The notes below the pieces were generated by a model, which saw only the letters and a list, made by a program, of their open reading frames with translations, had not been told where the DNA came from and made no database searches. A DNA stretch of 51,355 nt from a virus (lineage: Duplodnaviria; Caudoviricetes): IMG/VR virus record IMGVR_UViG_3300043540_000524, positions 1-51,355 of that record, one strand, 5' to 3'. Each line of letters begins with the position of its first letter. Position 1 is the stretch's first letter. Positions 37,450 to 46,099 of this stretch are shown piece after piece. The translations under genes and the position numbers were made by a program.

Positions 37450-38276
37450 AAACTTTAGAAGAAGCCTCTATTAAGAATAACTGGGATTATTTCATTAACT
37501 ACCTGGATAGGAGGGTTAATGGGGTTCTCACTGGTATTGAAGAACTCGACGCCTATCTTCTAGGACTGGGGAATGTCACGGTGTTCCAGGGCGATACGGG
37601 GACGAATAAATCCACCCTCATGCTCCAAATTGCCCTCCATCAATTGGAACAAGGGCACCCCGTACTTATGCTGGATAAAGAGAATGGGCAAGGTAGAATT
37701 AGAAGCCGCCTAACATGCCAAATGAACGCTATTTCTGAAAATGACCTTTTGGTGGCCGATCGAGCCCAAAGACTTAAATGGGTAAAGCCTGTTATGGAGC
37801 TACCTTTTTTCGTCTATACAGAAAGTGTGAAGGACTTTGAGGTTATTGAGAAAAGGATAGAGGAGATGTCCCGCGCCTTCCCTACTAAGCCCCTCATGTT
37901 CATGGTAGACTCCCTACAAGCCCTGACCCCCGTAACTGAGGACCAGAGAGTTAGCCTTGAAAAATGGCTTTATTGGGCGGATAGCATGAAGATACAGTAT
38001 GACGGCCGCCTTACTATTCTAATGACTTCTGAAGTAAGAAGAGCTGCCTACGAAGCGCAAGAAGCTGTTGGTAGGGCTAAGGGTACCAATGCGGTTGAGT
38101 ACAAAGCTGAGGTTCTTTTAAACTTAAAAGAAATGAAGGATACTGGACAAATCAAAGTTGAAATAGCTAAGAATCGTGATAATATCAAAGGAGGGGTTAT
38201 TAAACTAGAAAAGATGTTCTCTGATCCTTCTAACAATAGATCATTCATGTTTAAGCTTAAAGGGAGTTTGCGATAA
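37446..38276 (+). CDS. DnaB-like SF4 helicase, ATPase domain only
   Basis: GVLTGIEELD, variant Walker A GDTGTNKST, VDSLQ, IAKNR. Confidence 0.8.
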   Translation: MKTLEEASIKNNWDYFINYLDRRVNGVLTGIEELDAYLLGLGNVTVFQGDTGTNKSTLMLQIALHQLEQGHPVLMLDKENGQGRIRSRLTCQMNAISENDLLVADRAQRLKWVKPVMELPFFVYTESVKDFEVIEKRIEEMSRAFPTKPLMFMVDSLQALTPVTEDQRVSLEKWLYWADSMKIQYDGRLTILMTSEVRRAAYEAQEAVGRAKGTNAVEYKAEVLLNLKEMKDTGQIKVEIAKNRDNIKGGVIKLEKMFSDPSNNRSFMFKLKGSLR

Positions 38277-38277
38277 T

Positions 38278-38967
38278 ATGATTTGCCAAACTTGTAAATC
38301 AGATTGCATCAGGAACGAGGCTCTAGGGAAAGAGTTTTACTATTGCCGCTCTTGCAAGAAAGAACCAGAAATAGAAACTCCCGCCCATAGTACCACTCTT
38401 TCTGGGCACGACTTTTATTCTAGAGTGCAAACTACAGATCGTTCTTCTAGTTTAGTAGGAACCCATATAGTAATTCCTGTTATGCTGTGTAGCACTCAAG
38501 GAACAGGCGGTTTTCCTTTAGTACCGCCCATTTCGACTACCGCTTGGTATATACCCATTCCCAAAAGTAGAACTATAAAACCATATCTTCGTACTTGGAT
38601 TCCGGCTTTGGATCCTAATTCTAAGGACAGTCATTTTGGTGTTAATAGAAGTTCTGATATAGTACGGCTTTCTGGAACTAGGTATATTGTTGGCGCTTCT
38701 TTGGAAGGGACTCTGGTCGAGGCGTGTAATAATATTGGAAGAGCAGGGGGGGCAGTCGATTCCATTTACATTAACCCTTTTGATAAAAAACACTTTCTCT
38801 TTTTAAATGAGATACCCCATTCCTATGGAAGAGCTATCGTTTATGAGGATCTTTCCTGCCCACAAGGATTAGTATATTGTTGCCAGCAAGATACTTGGTC
38901 ATATGATAATCATCTAAACATTTTATTGTGTTCTGGTCCTTCGGCAAACGGGGTTATTATTTTATGA
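38278..38967 (+). CDS. Zn-ribbon plus truncated major-capsid-protein paralog
   Basis: CQTC...CRSC, then segments colinear with this phage's own capsid protein (WIP...D.HFGVNRSSDIVRLSGTR vs WLP...DNFWGVDRSQDVTRLAGVR). Confidence 0.8.
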   Translation: MICQTCKSDCIRNEALGKEFYYCRSCKKEPEIETPAHSTTLSGHDFYSRVQTTDRSSSLVGTHIVIPVMLCSTQGTGGFPLVPPISTTAWYIPIPKSRTIKPYLRTWIPALDPNSKDSHFGVNRSSDIVRLSGTRYIVGASLEGTLVEACNNIGRAGGAVDSIYINPFDKKHFLFLNEIPHSYGRAIVYEDLSCPQGLVYCCQQDTWSYDNHLNILLCSGPSANGVIIL

Positions 38968-39182
38968 AAAAGCCAAAATGCAAAGAATGTGGGTCGACAA
39001 AGAGAATTAAAAAGCTGCATGCAATCATTTGTGGAAAATGTCGTATTGTTCTCCCTAATGATGAGTACGCTGAAGAAATACGTTCGGTTGTACAAGAAAT
39101 TGTAACTTTGTTAAAGATTAATAGTTATTTAAACGATCGTGGATATAGCATTATTATTGCTCCCATTGAGAAAAAAGGGTAA
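38964..39182 (+). CDS. Small Zn-ribbon protein
   Basis: CKECG...CGKC; ATGA overlap. Confidence 0.55.
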   Translation: MKKPKCKECGSTKRIKKLHAIICGKCRIVLPNDEYAEEIRSVVQEIVTLLKINSYLNDRGYSIIIAPIEKKG

Positions 39183-39218
39183 GCAATGAAAAACTTGAAA
39201 GTACACTTCTAATCCAAA

Positions 39219-41279
39219 ATGAGACCTACTAATCCAAAATATATGTGTGTGGATGTCGAGACTACAGGTCTTGATTGGACGCGGGACACTTTGCACGGTT
39301 TCGCGGTTGCTTACGAAGAAGAGGAGGCTTTCTACGTTCCTTCTTGGAATATCCCTTCGTTTGTGAAAGAGGACCTGGAAAACCCTTCAATTAAAAAGAT
39401 TGGTCACAATTTCCACGGGTTCGATGCCAAATTCATCTTTAAGAGCGGGATTAAGATACAGGGAACTTTTATTGAGAATATGGGGATATGGCAGCTAGTG
39501 GATGATACCACGCCGTTGGGCTTGAAGTGGCTATCAGAACAGCACATAGGGGCTAGCTCCTTAGATAAGAAAAGACTTTTGGATCAGGCCATAGAAAGAT
39601 CCGGAGCTAAGAATATTGCAGGGCTCTGTTTCAAAGACCTGCACGACCCTTCCCACCCATACCTAAAGGTAATTGGGGATTACTGCGAAGAGGACGCGAA
39701 TAATACCCTGTCTTTGTCTCTTCTTGGCATGCAAAAACTTAAAGAGCTAGACCAGCAACTACGAAGTAACTACAGGGTTTCTAAAACCCCGTTGGATTAC
39801 TTCAAGGAAGAGTTCACCCCATTGGAGTACGTTCTCTTTAAAATGGAGACTAAAGGGTTCCGCGTGAATATTAAAGTAATTGAAGAGCTTAAAAAAGAGG
39901 CGGAGAAGAAGAAAGAAGAAATTACCGAACGGCTTAACAGAGGCTTTAAAAAAGAGATAGAGATCATTGAAAAACAGATCTGGGAAGAGGCGGTTTCTAG
40001 AGTTGTGACCCCTAAGGCAAAAGCATCCCGTGTTCAAGGGCAAGGGAAGCTGGCTTTTAGCTGGGAAAATAATAACCACGCCGCTAAGGTATTTTTTGAA
40101 CAAGGCAACATACCAGAGGATCTGGTCACCAGGACTGAAAAAGGGTCCTATGCAACAGACAAAACCACCCTGCAAAAACTCCTGCAAGAGTTACCTAAGG
40201 AACACAAAGTAAGAAGGGCTCTCCCTCTCTATGCCGAATACAAACTTAACCAAAAGACCCTCACCACTTACACTGGGGATACTAAAAAAGGTATATATTC
40301 TAAAATAAGACAGGGAGAGGATGGAAACCATTATATTTATCCTACTTTCAGACAAACAACAAACACTGGAAGACTCGCTTGTAAATCACCTAATATGCAG
40401 AACATTCCCAGAGGAAGTAAGATTAAAGAACTCTTCATTCCCACTAATGACAACAATGTATTTGACCACTTCGATTATTCTCAAATTGAACTAAGACTTG
40501 CTGGACATCTCTCTAAAGATCCCGCTATTATTAGTTCCTATCTAAATAAAGAGGATTTGCATAAGCAGACCGCAGCAACCATTTTTGATCTTCCGCTACG
40601 GGATATAAACGACATACAGCGCCAGGGCGGAAAAACTACAAATTTCCTAACAATTTACAAAGGATCCGCTTTTAGACTTCAAGAAAGCTTGAGAGAAGGG
40701 GTAAAATTAGATTTTAGTCTGGACGAATGCAAGGAATTTATATCTCGGTTTTTTGATAAATATAGAGACTTGGATCAGTATTTGAAAAACGTCCTTTCTT
40801 TCGTTGTTAAGAACGGGTTCGTTATTTCAGAAGCAGGGAGAATGCGTCGGTTGCCTGATATCTTCTACGGAGAAGAAGGTAATTTAGACTTTAGATTAAG
40901 GCAGTTTAATGGTTCCCAAGAACAGAGACAAAAACTTATATCTATCTTGAGAGATCAGCAAATTTATAATCCCTCTGAGCAAGACATTTTCTGGCTAGCT
41001 TATAAAAAATATAACCACGCTAGTAAGCAAGCCTTCAATTTCCCAGATCAATCTTTAGCGGCTTCCTTAGCTAAGAGGGCCATGATTCAACTTGATAAAG
41101 AAGGGTTCGATATTAGAAATCAAGTACACGACGCTCTTGATATTGAACGGGCTTTGTGCGATAATGAGGCTACTTCTAAAGTTAGAAACATCATGGAAAA
41201 TGTATTTCCAGAGTGCTTAGTTCCCTTAACTACTGATTATAAGACACTTAGGAGTTTTTCTGAAGAAGATAAAGCGTAA
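39219..41279 (+). CDS. polA: DNA polymerase family A with 3'-5' exonuclease
   Basis: DVETTG, TGRL...PNMQNIP, DYSQIELR, R-x3-KTTNF-x3-Y, QVHD. Confidence 0.95.
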   Translation: MRPTNPKYMCVDVETTGLDWTRDTLHGFAVAYEEEEAFYVPSWNIPSFVKEDLENPSIKKIGHNFHGFDAKFIFKSGIKIQGTFIENMGIWQLVDDTTPLGLKWLSEQHIGASSLDKKRLLDQAIERSGAKNIAGLCFKDLHDPSHPYLKVIGDYCEEDANNTLSLSLLGMQKLKELDQQLRSNYRVSKTPLDYFKEEFTPLEYVLFKMETKGFRVNIKVIEELKKEAEKKKEEITERLNRGFKKEIEIIEKQIWEEAVSRVVTPKAKASRVQGQGKLAFSWENNNHAAKVFFEQGNIPEDLVTRTEKGSYATDKTTLQKLLQELPKEHKVRRALPLYAEYKLNQKTLTTYTGDTKKGIYSKIRQGEDGNHYIYPTFRQTTNTGRLACKSPNMQNIPRGSKIKELFIPTNDNNVFDHFDYSQIELRLAGHLSKDPAIISSYLNKEDLHKQTAATIFDLPLRDINDIQRQGGKTTNFLTIYKGSAFRLQESLREGVKLDFSLDECKEFISRFFDKYRDLDQYLKNVLSFVVKNGFVISEAGRMRRLPDIFYGEEGNLDFRLRQFNGSQEQRQKLISILRDQQIYNPSEQDIFWLAYKKYNHASKQAFNFPDQSLAASLAKRAMIQLDKEGFDIRNQVHDALDIERALCDNEATSKVRNIMENVFPECLVPLTTDYKTLRSFSEEDKA

Positions 41280-41607
41280 AAAGTCTAGGAAGGCTAGCAA
41301 GTATCCTTGGTTCTATAAGTTCCTGTTTGCGGCCGCTCGTAGGACGTTTAGATGGTCTCCAGAAAGAAGGGCTGTTAAGGCTAGGGCGAAAGATAGGTGC
41401 GAGAAATGCCACAAAAAGGTAGCAGATATTGTGGTAGATCATATTGAACCTGTCATTAGTCCTTCTGCAGGATTTATATCTTGGGATACTTACTATTTGC
41501 GCTTGTTTGTGAATCAGGATCAAATGCAGGGTTTGTGTAAAAAGTGTCATTCTGAAAAAACACGGGCAGAAAATGCAGAAAGAAGGCTGAATGCAAAAAA
41601 AGAATAA
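41260..41607 (+). CDS. HNH endonuclease (115 aa, CTG start)
   Basis: AGGAG 5 nt before CTG; CEKC...VDHIEPV...QGLCKKCHSEKT; absent from the ORF track. Confidence 0.8.
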   Translation: MKKIKRKKSRKASKYPWFYKFLFAAARRTFRWSPERRAVKARAKDRCEKCHKKVADIVVDHIEPVISPSAGFISWDTYYLRLFVNQDQMQGLCKKCHSEKTRAENAERRLNAKKE

Positions 41608-42325
41608 GATTTTACTCTATGACATTGAAACCTCACCACTTATAACGTACAACTGGGCTCTGTATGACGAAAGACCAATTGCAATGGAACAGGATTGGCA
41701 ACTTCTAACCTTTTCGTATAAGTTTTTGGGTGAAAAAGAGGTTTTTGGCCATACCCGACTAGAGTTTAAAGATAAGACAGATAAATCATTAACAAAAAAG
41801 CTGTGGAGAGTATTAAATTCTGCCGATGTTCTCGTTGGCCATAATTCAATATCCTTCGACTCTAAGAAGAGTAATGCTAAGTTCGCAGAGTACGATCTCC
41901 CACCAATCAAATGTATGCAGATTGATACAAAAAAAATTGCAAAGTCCCTTTGCAATTTCACATCCAATTCTTTAGATGCTCTAGGGAAGTTATTAGGTTG
42001 CGGAGAGAAGAAGAAGCACAGCGGGTTTGACATGTGGAAGAAATGTATGCGAGGGGATAAGAAAGCATTTGCAGAAATGCTCTCCTACAACAAAATGGAT
42101 GTTATACTTCTGGAAAAGATCTACATGAAGTTGCGCCGCTATGGAAGAGCCCTCCCCAATGCAAGTTTGCTAGAAACGGGTAAAATGGGTTGTGCTGCTT
42201 GTGGTAATTCAAAGATAGTTTCTAAGGGCGTTTGGGTAACAGAAAAAACCATACAGGAAAAGTACTCTTGCTCTAAGAAAAATTGCGGATATATTTTCGT
42301 AGGTAGACGGGGGTTAGTGGGATGA
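41591..42325 (+). CDS. RNase H-like (DEDD/YprB-type) exonuclease with Zn ribbon
   Basis: YDIETS, GHNSISFD, YNKMDV, CAACG...C. Confidence 0.85.
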   Translation: MQKKNKILLYDIETSPLITYNWALYDERPIAMEQDWQLLTFSYKFLGEKEVFGHTRLEFKDKTDKSLTKKLWRVLNSADVLVGHNSISFDSKKSNAKFAEYDLPPIKCMQIDTKKIAKSLCNFTSNSLDALGKLLGCGEKKKHSGFDMWKKCMRGDKKAFAEMLSYNKMDVILLEKIYMKLRRYGRALPNASLLETGKMGCAACGNSKIVSKGVWVTEKTIQEKYSCSKKNCGYIFVGRRGLVG

Positions 42326-42813
42326 AACTAGTTCCTCTCACACAAGGCAAGTTTGCCAAGGTGGATAACGAGGATTGGATTAGGGTTTCCCAATATAATT
42401 GGCATTTCAACGCCAAGTATGCTAAAAGAAAAGTGCTGAGGGAAGAAACGGGCGGTTTAGTAAAAAGACAAGGGATGCATCGGTTTATAATGGGTATTGA
42501 TGATCCCTCAGTACTAGTGGATCATATAAATAATGATACTTTGGATAATAGAAAACAAAATTTGAGATTGTGTGGACATACTCAAAACTGTTTCAATAGA
42601 AAACCACGTAGTAAAATAGGTTTAAAAGGGGTTAATTTGGATGGTAGTAGGTACAGGGCTCGCATACAAGGTACTTCTCTAGGAAACTTTAGGACTGCCA
42701 AAGAGGCTGCTATGGCTTATAATAAAGCGGCTTTGAAATTATATGGAAGATTTGCTTGGTTAAATTATATTGCGGAGGATCATTATGAAAAACCCAAGAA
42801 GAAAAAAACCTAA
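42322..42813 (+). CDS. HNH-AP2 homing endonuclease
   Basis: MHRFIM...VDHINNDTLDNRKQNLR; LGNFRTAKEAAMAYNKAA. Confidence 0.9.
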   Translation: MKLVPLTQGKFAKVDNEDWIRVSQYNWHFNAKYAKRKVLREETGGLVKRQGMHRFIMGIDDPSVLVDHINNDTLDNRKQNLRLCGHTQNCFNRKPRSKIGLKGVNLDGSRYRARIQGTSLGNFRTAKEAAMAYNKAALKLYGRFAWLNYIAEDHYEKPKKKKT

Positions 42814-43039
42814 AATAGGAGATATTCTTCATATTATTTTAGTAGATCACGCCTCCACTGGTGGGGAGACCGAGCGCGGCGGTATTGAATTTGAAGTATT
42901 TGGAAGGTTGCTCTATGAAGATAAGCATTCCTATGAGCTGGCTTATTGGACTAAACCCCAGCCTCATCAGATAGAGCAGGATACTGAAATGATCGCGGTC
43001 GTTAAGAAGGCTATTATTTACTTAAAAATCCTATCTTAA
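42785..43039 (+). CDS. Hypothetical protein
   Basis: GGAGG RBS, 84 aa. Confidence 0.55.
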   Translation: MKNPRRKKPKIGDILHIILVDHASTGGETERGGIEFEVFGRLLYEDKHSYELAYWTKPQPHQIEQDTEMIAVVKKAIIYLKILS

Positions 43040-43207
43040 AGGGGGTTTTCTAATCCCCTCAACAATCTTTAAATCATCCCGAGTGAGCTTACGAGGTTTG
43101 GTGTACTTAATATCACCAAAGCTAACAGGCTCATTTTTGTCATTTACTGTAAATAAAAAAACTAAATTTAAAAGGAAAAGTATTAGGAAGGGAAGAAAGA
43201 AGAGCAT
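43031..43207 (-). CDS. Small single-TM protein with its own promoter
   Basis: MLFFLPFLILFLLNLVFLF...; downstream of the promoter at 43284-43312 and a GC-rich hairpin. Confidence 0.45.
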   Translation of the reverse strand: MLFFLPFLILFLLNLVFLFTVNDKNEPVSFGDIKYTKPRKLTRDDLKIVEGIRKPPLR

Positions 43208-43283
43208 TTGAGAGCCCTGCAAGGGGAAGACAGGCTATTTCGTCAGCGACGTCCCGCCTTCCCCCCTAATTTTGTATATACCT

Positions 43284-43312
43284 ATAATAGGGAGTTTCTA
43301 GTATTTTGTCAA
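43284..43312 (-). promoter_or_regulatory. Sigma70 promoter
   Basis: TTGACA-17-TATTAT. Confidence 0.75.
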
Positions 43313-43366
43313 GTAAAATAAATAGTTATGTTTTACACAATAATTACAAACAGTTATTAATTATAG

Positions 43367-43395
43367 TTGACATACTACAATAAATTAGTAATACT
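43367..43395 (+). promoter_or_regulatory. Sigma70 promoter for a leaderless clpP-like gene
   Basis: TTGACA-17-AATACT, ATG 6 nt downstream, no SD. Confidence 0.6.
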
Positions 43396-43401
43396 CTAAA
43401 A

Positions 43402-43929
43402 ATGAGTGTATTAACATTTGAACGAACAGTCACATTTTGTGGGCCTATAAATGACGAAACCACAGGGCTTCTAATCCACGCCCTGTCTTCACTAAACGCA
43501 TATGAAGATGAAAAACCCCTGCTCATCCTCAACTCACCAGGAGGCAACTTAGACGATGGTATTGCCTTATATGACTACATAAGAACCCTGCCCTACAAAC
43601 TCACCTGCCATATCTTTGGGCAAGCAAGCTCGGCCGCATCTGTTATGCTTCAAGCCTGCGATAAAAGACTCATTGCAGAAAACGGGGCGGTAATGATCCA
43701 TAGGGGTGAGCTAAGCATTCCTCCTACACATCCCGACGACGCAGAACGAATGTTGCAAGCTCAAAATAGACTACAAGAAATAATGTTGCAAATATACTTA
43801 AAACACTGTAAACTTTCTGAAAAGGACTTAAAAAAAGCTCTTTTATTTTCCTCCTACTTTCTCGGAGAAGAGGCGGTTAAAGCAGGGCTAGTTGATGGGG
43901 TACTGGCAAATGGAACAATTAAAGTTTAA
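43402..43929 (+). CDS. clpP: ClpP-like protease
   Basis: LNSPGG, GQASSAAS, MIH, EAVKAGLVD. Confidence 0.85.
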   Translation: MSVLTFERTVTFCGPINDETTGLLIHALSSLNAYEDEKPLLILNSPGGNLDDGIALYDYIRTLPYKLTCHIFGQASSAASVMLQACDKRLIAENGAVMIHRGELSIPPTHPDDAERMLQAQNRLQEIMLQIYLKHCKLSEKDLKKALLFSSYFLGEEAVKAGLVDGVLANGTIKV

Positions 43930-44350
43930 AAGAATTACAATTGGTGCTTCCCTTCCTAATAAACAAAAGACAGGAGATGCGGGGTTCGACTTAACAGTTA
44001 CGTCCCGTACCATAAGTATGCACTTTGTGGAATATTGGTTTGGGGTGGCTGTTGAAATACCTGAAGGTTACGTTGGCCTTCTCATACCAAGAAGCTCCAT
44101 AACTGATACCAATCTTTTTATGGGAAACTCTATTGGTGTTATTGATAGTAATTTTAGGGGTGAGCTACGGGCTCGGTTTAAGCGGGATGGGGGAGGGGGA
44201 AAAATGCCGTCCGTTGGCGATCGTATAGCCCAATTGGTAGTGGTACCTCTCCTCACTTTTGAGCCGGTATGGGAAAAAACCCTTTCTAAAACGGAAAGAG
44301 ATTCATTGGCCTTTGGTAGTAGTGGAGGAATTAATGATGAAGAAAAATAA
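43910..44350 (+). CDS. dut: dUTPase (trimeric)
   Basis: AGFDL, PRSS, GVIDSNFRGE, GDRIAQL, R-x3-FGSSG. Confidence 0.93.
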   Translation: MEQLKFKRITIGASLPNKQKTGDAGFDLTVTSRTISMHFVEYWFGVAVEIPEGYVGLLIPRSSITDTNLFMGNSIGVIDSNFRGELRARFKRDGGGGKMPSVGDRIAQLVVVPLLTFEPVWEKTLSKTERDSLAFGSSGGINDEEK

Positions 44351-44690
44351 GTTCCCGATAATTTTTAAAGGAGTAGAGGTTTTGTCTTGTGGAGGAACTT
44401 CTTTTGTGAGACCAACAGGGTTTCCCAAAGAAGTGGTCTGTTTTCTATCCAAAAAAGAAATAAAACAAAAAGAGCGAATAGTTATATCTAAAACAACATC
44501 CGTCTCAGGTATTTTTCTAGAAGAAAAAAGATCCTACCCCATAATTCATGCAAACATCTCAATGGGGGATTTGCGCCGCCTATTAAAACAAGCAGAAAAA
44601 AAAGACAAAAAGTTTAAACATGGATTCTTTCTTAACCCAAGCCCTGACCTCAGCCTATTTATCTTCCCCCAACAAAGGAACAAAAAATGA
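44334..44690 (+). CDS. Hypothetical basic protein
   Basis: GGAGG RBS. Confidence 0.5.
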   Translation: MMKKNKFPIIFKGVEVLSCGGTSFVRPTGFPKEVVCFLSKKEIKQKERIVISKTTSVSGIFLEEKRSYPIIHANISMGDLRRLLKQAEKKDKKFKHGFFLNPSPDLSLFIFPQQRNKK

Positions 44691-44881
44691 AATTTATAGT
44701 CTTTTATACCGAGGGATGTTCTCCTAGGGTAAAGAGCTTTACCTCTCTTGAAAAAGCAAAACTATTTTCATCCAAGTTTTTAGAAAAACATAAAGAAAAT
44801 ACTCTTGATAACTGGATAGATGTTATCATTGAAGGTAGAATAGTCTCCACCTATGAGGGATGGTATGGCCCAAAGAAATAA
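44687..44881 (+). CDS. Hypothetical protein
   Basis: AAGGA RBS, ATGA overlap. Confidence 0.55.
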   Translation: MKFIVFYTEGCSPRVKSFTSLEKAKLFSSKFLEKHKENTLDNWIDVIIEGRIVSTYEGWYGPKK

Positions 44882-45401
44882 ACTACCTATTGATCAGATA
44901 CAAAAAAATGAAAGAAAACGAGCAGCAGAAACAATTGTTAGGTTTTTGCTCAAGTACCGATCCACTCGCTCATATCCAGGATATAAAGATCTGGCCTCTC
45001 TTGCAAATAGAATTAAAAAAGTAGGTATCGGCGGGAGTTGGGGAAATGGTTTTCCATATTTTGAAGACGTAGATATGGCCGCTTACGAAATAGGAAACTT
45101 TTGCAGAAAATGGGGGCGGATATCAGTTTCCTCTACCAAGGAAAAATACGGCTCTGCCCGTGTGTACTGTAGTTTTGGGTGTCAAGACCTACACTCTTTA
45201 GTCTACCCAGGACATATTCACGTACGAGGATGGTATGCACTCACAACGTTTCCGTTTTTCCGTCCACTACAGTTTATTATTGTTCCTTGGCAACTGTTCA
45301 TTTATAGATGGGGCTATAAGCGAGCGTTAAGTAAATACCCATACATAAGAAACGAAATCCTTTGTTGTGCAGATTACCCTGAATATTTGAAAGGGTTGTA
45401 G
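44865..45401 (+). CDS. Hypothetical phage protein
   Basis: KEKYGSARVY motif common in phage hypotheticals. Confidence 0.6.
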   Translation: MAQRNKLPIDQIQKNERKRAAETIVRFLLKYRSTRSYPGYKDLASLANRIKKVGIGGSWGNGFPYFEDVDMAAYEIGNFCRKWGRISVSSTKEKYGSARVYCSFGCQDLHSLVYPGHIHVRGWYALTTFPFFRPLQFIIVPWQLFIYRWGYKRALSKYPYIRNEILCCADYPEYLKGL

Positions 45402-45402
45402 A

Positions 45403-45633
45403 ATGAAGAAGATAGTCTGCCAATACCCGCACGAGAAAAAAGGATGTTCCTTTTGTGGGGGATTTAGAGTAATCTTAGAGCGTGTGAAGTGCGGTAAGAA
45501 GGGCTGCAAGCGTTCAGGGTGGGTACGCCCCGGCCCTTACAGTGTTTATGAAGGGAAAAGTATATTTACTGTGGATGGACTACAGCTTATTTATCATACA
45601 AAAAGAATTAACTGTATTTATTGTGAGAAATAA
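45403..45633 (+). CDS. Small Cys-rich protein
   Basis: CSFC, CGKKGC, CIYC. Confidence 0.5.
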   Translation: MKKIVCQYPHEKKGCSFCGGFRVILERVKCGKKGCKRSGWVRPGPYSVYEGKSIFTVDGLQLIYHTKRINCIYCEK

Positions 45634-45783
45634 ATGAACTTAAAAGATAAAGATTGGAACCGAGTACTAGATCTAGTGAAGTATGTAGTGTATAACTCAC
45701 AAGGGCCTCGAATATAGTTCCCAGAGCCTATAGAGTTACAGGACCAGGTATGGAAAGGGATGAGGATTGGTCTTTCAACGTAA
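45634..45783 (+). pseudogene. MNLKDKDW-family copy with internal TAG (45715-45717)
   Basis: QDQVW motif continues in frame after the stop. Confidence 0.5.
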
Positions 45784-45855
45784 ATGATAAGATGTACTTT
45801 TTTAAAGGCTATACTAGCTTTACCTGGGTTAAAATTTTAAGGAAGGTTGTAGATA

Positions 45856-46020
45856 ATGAAACGAAAAGAAGCAATAGTTGAAACTCTTTTAGCTCTATTA
45901 CTAATGTTTGTTTTAATTCTAGCGTTGAGTGGGCTGCAGGGATGTGGGCAACAGACTTCTTTCATGGAAGTTTGCACTGTTAAGTACAACCAGAATCCTC
46001 CAGTGTGTACTTATCCATGA
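45856..46020 (+). CDS. Small lipoprotein (54 aa)
   Basis: Basic N-terminus, hydrophobic core, LQGC lipobox-like motif. Confidence 0.5.
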   Translation: MKRKEAIVETLLALLLMFVLILALSGLQGCGQQTSFMEVCTVKYNQNPPVCTYP

Positions 46021-46099
46021 CTAGTAGTAGTAGAGCAAGCTCTTGAAGAGATCGAAAAATTAATGTCTAAAGAGGATTGGGATGAATTATATGAGAAAA

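Noticed and set aside
45634-45783. Stop-codon reassignment suggested by in-frame TAG/TGA in MNLRDKDW copies
   Set aside because: Core genes are uninterrupted in the standard code and end in TAG (15289, 46100, 47522) or TGA (33346); no suppressor tRNA is seen.
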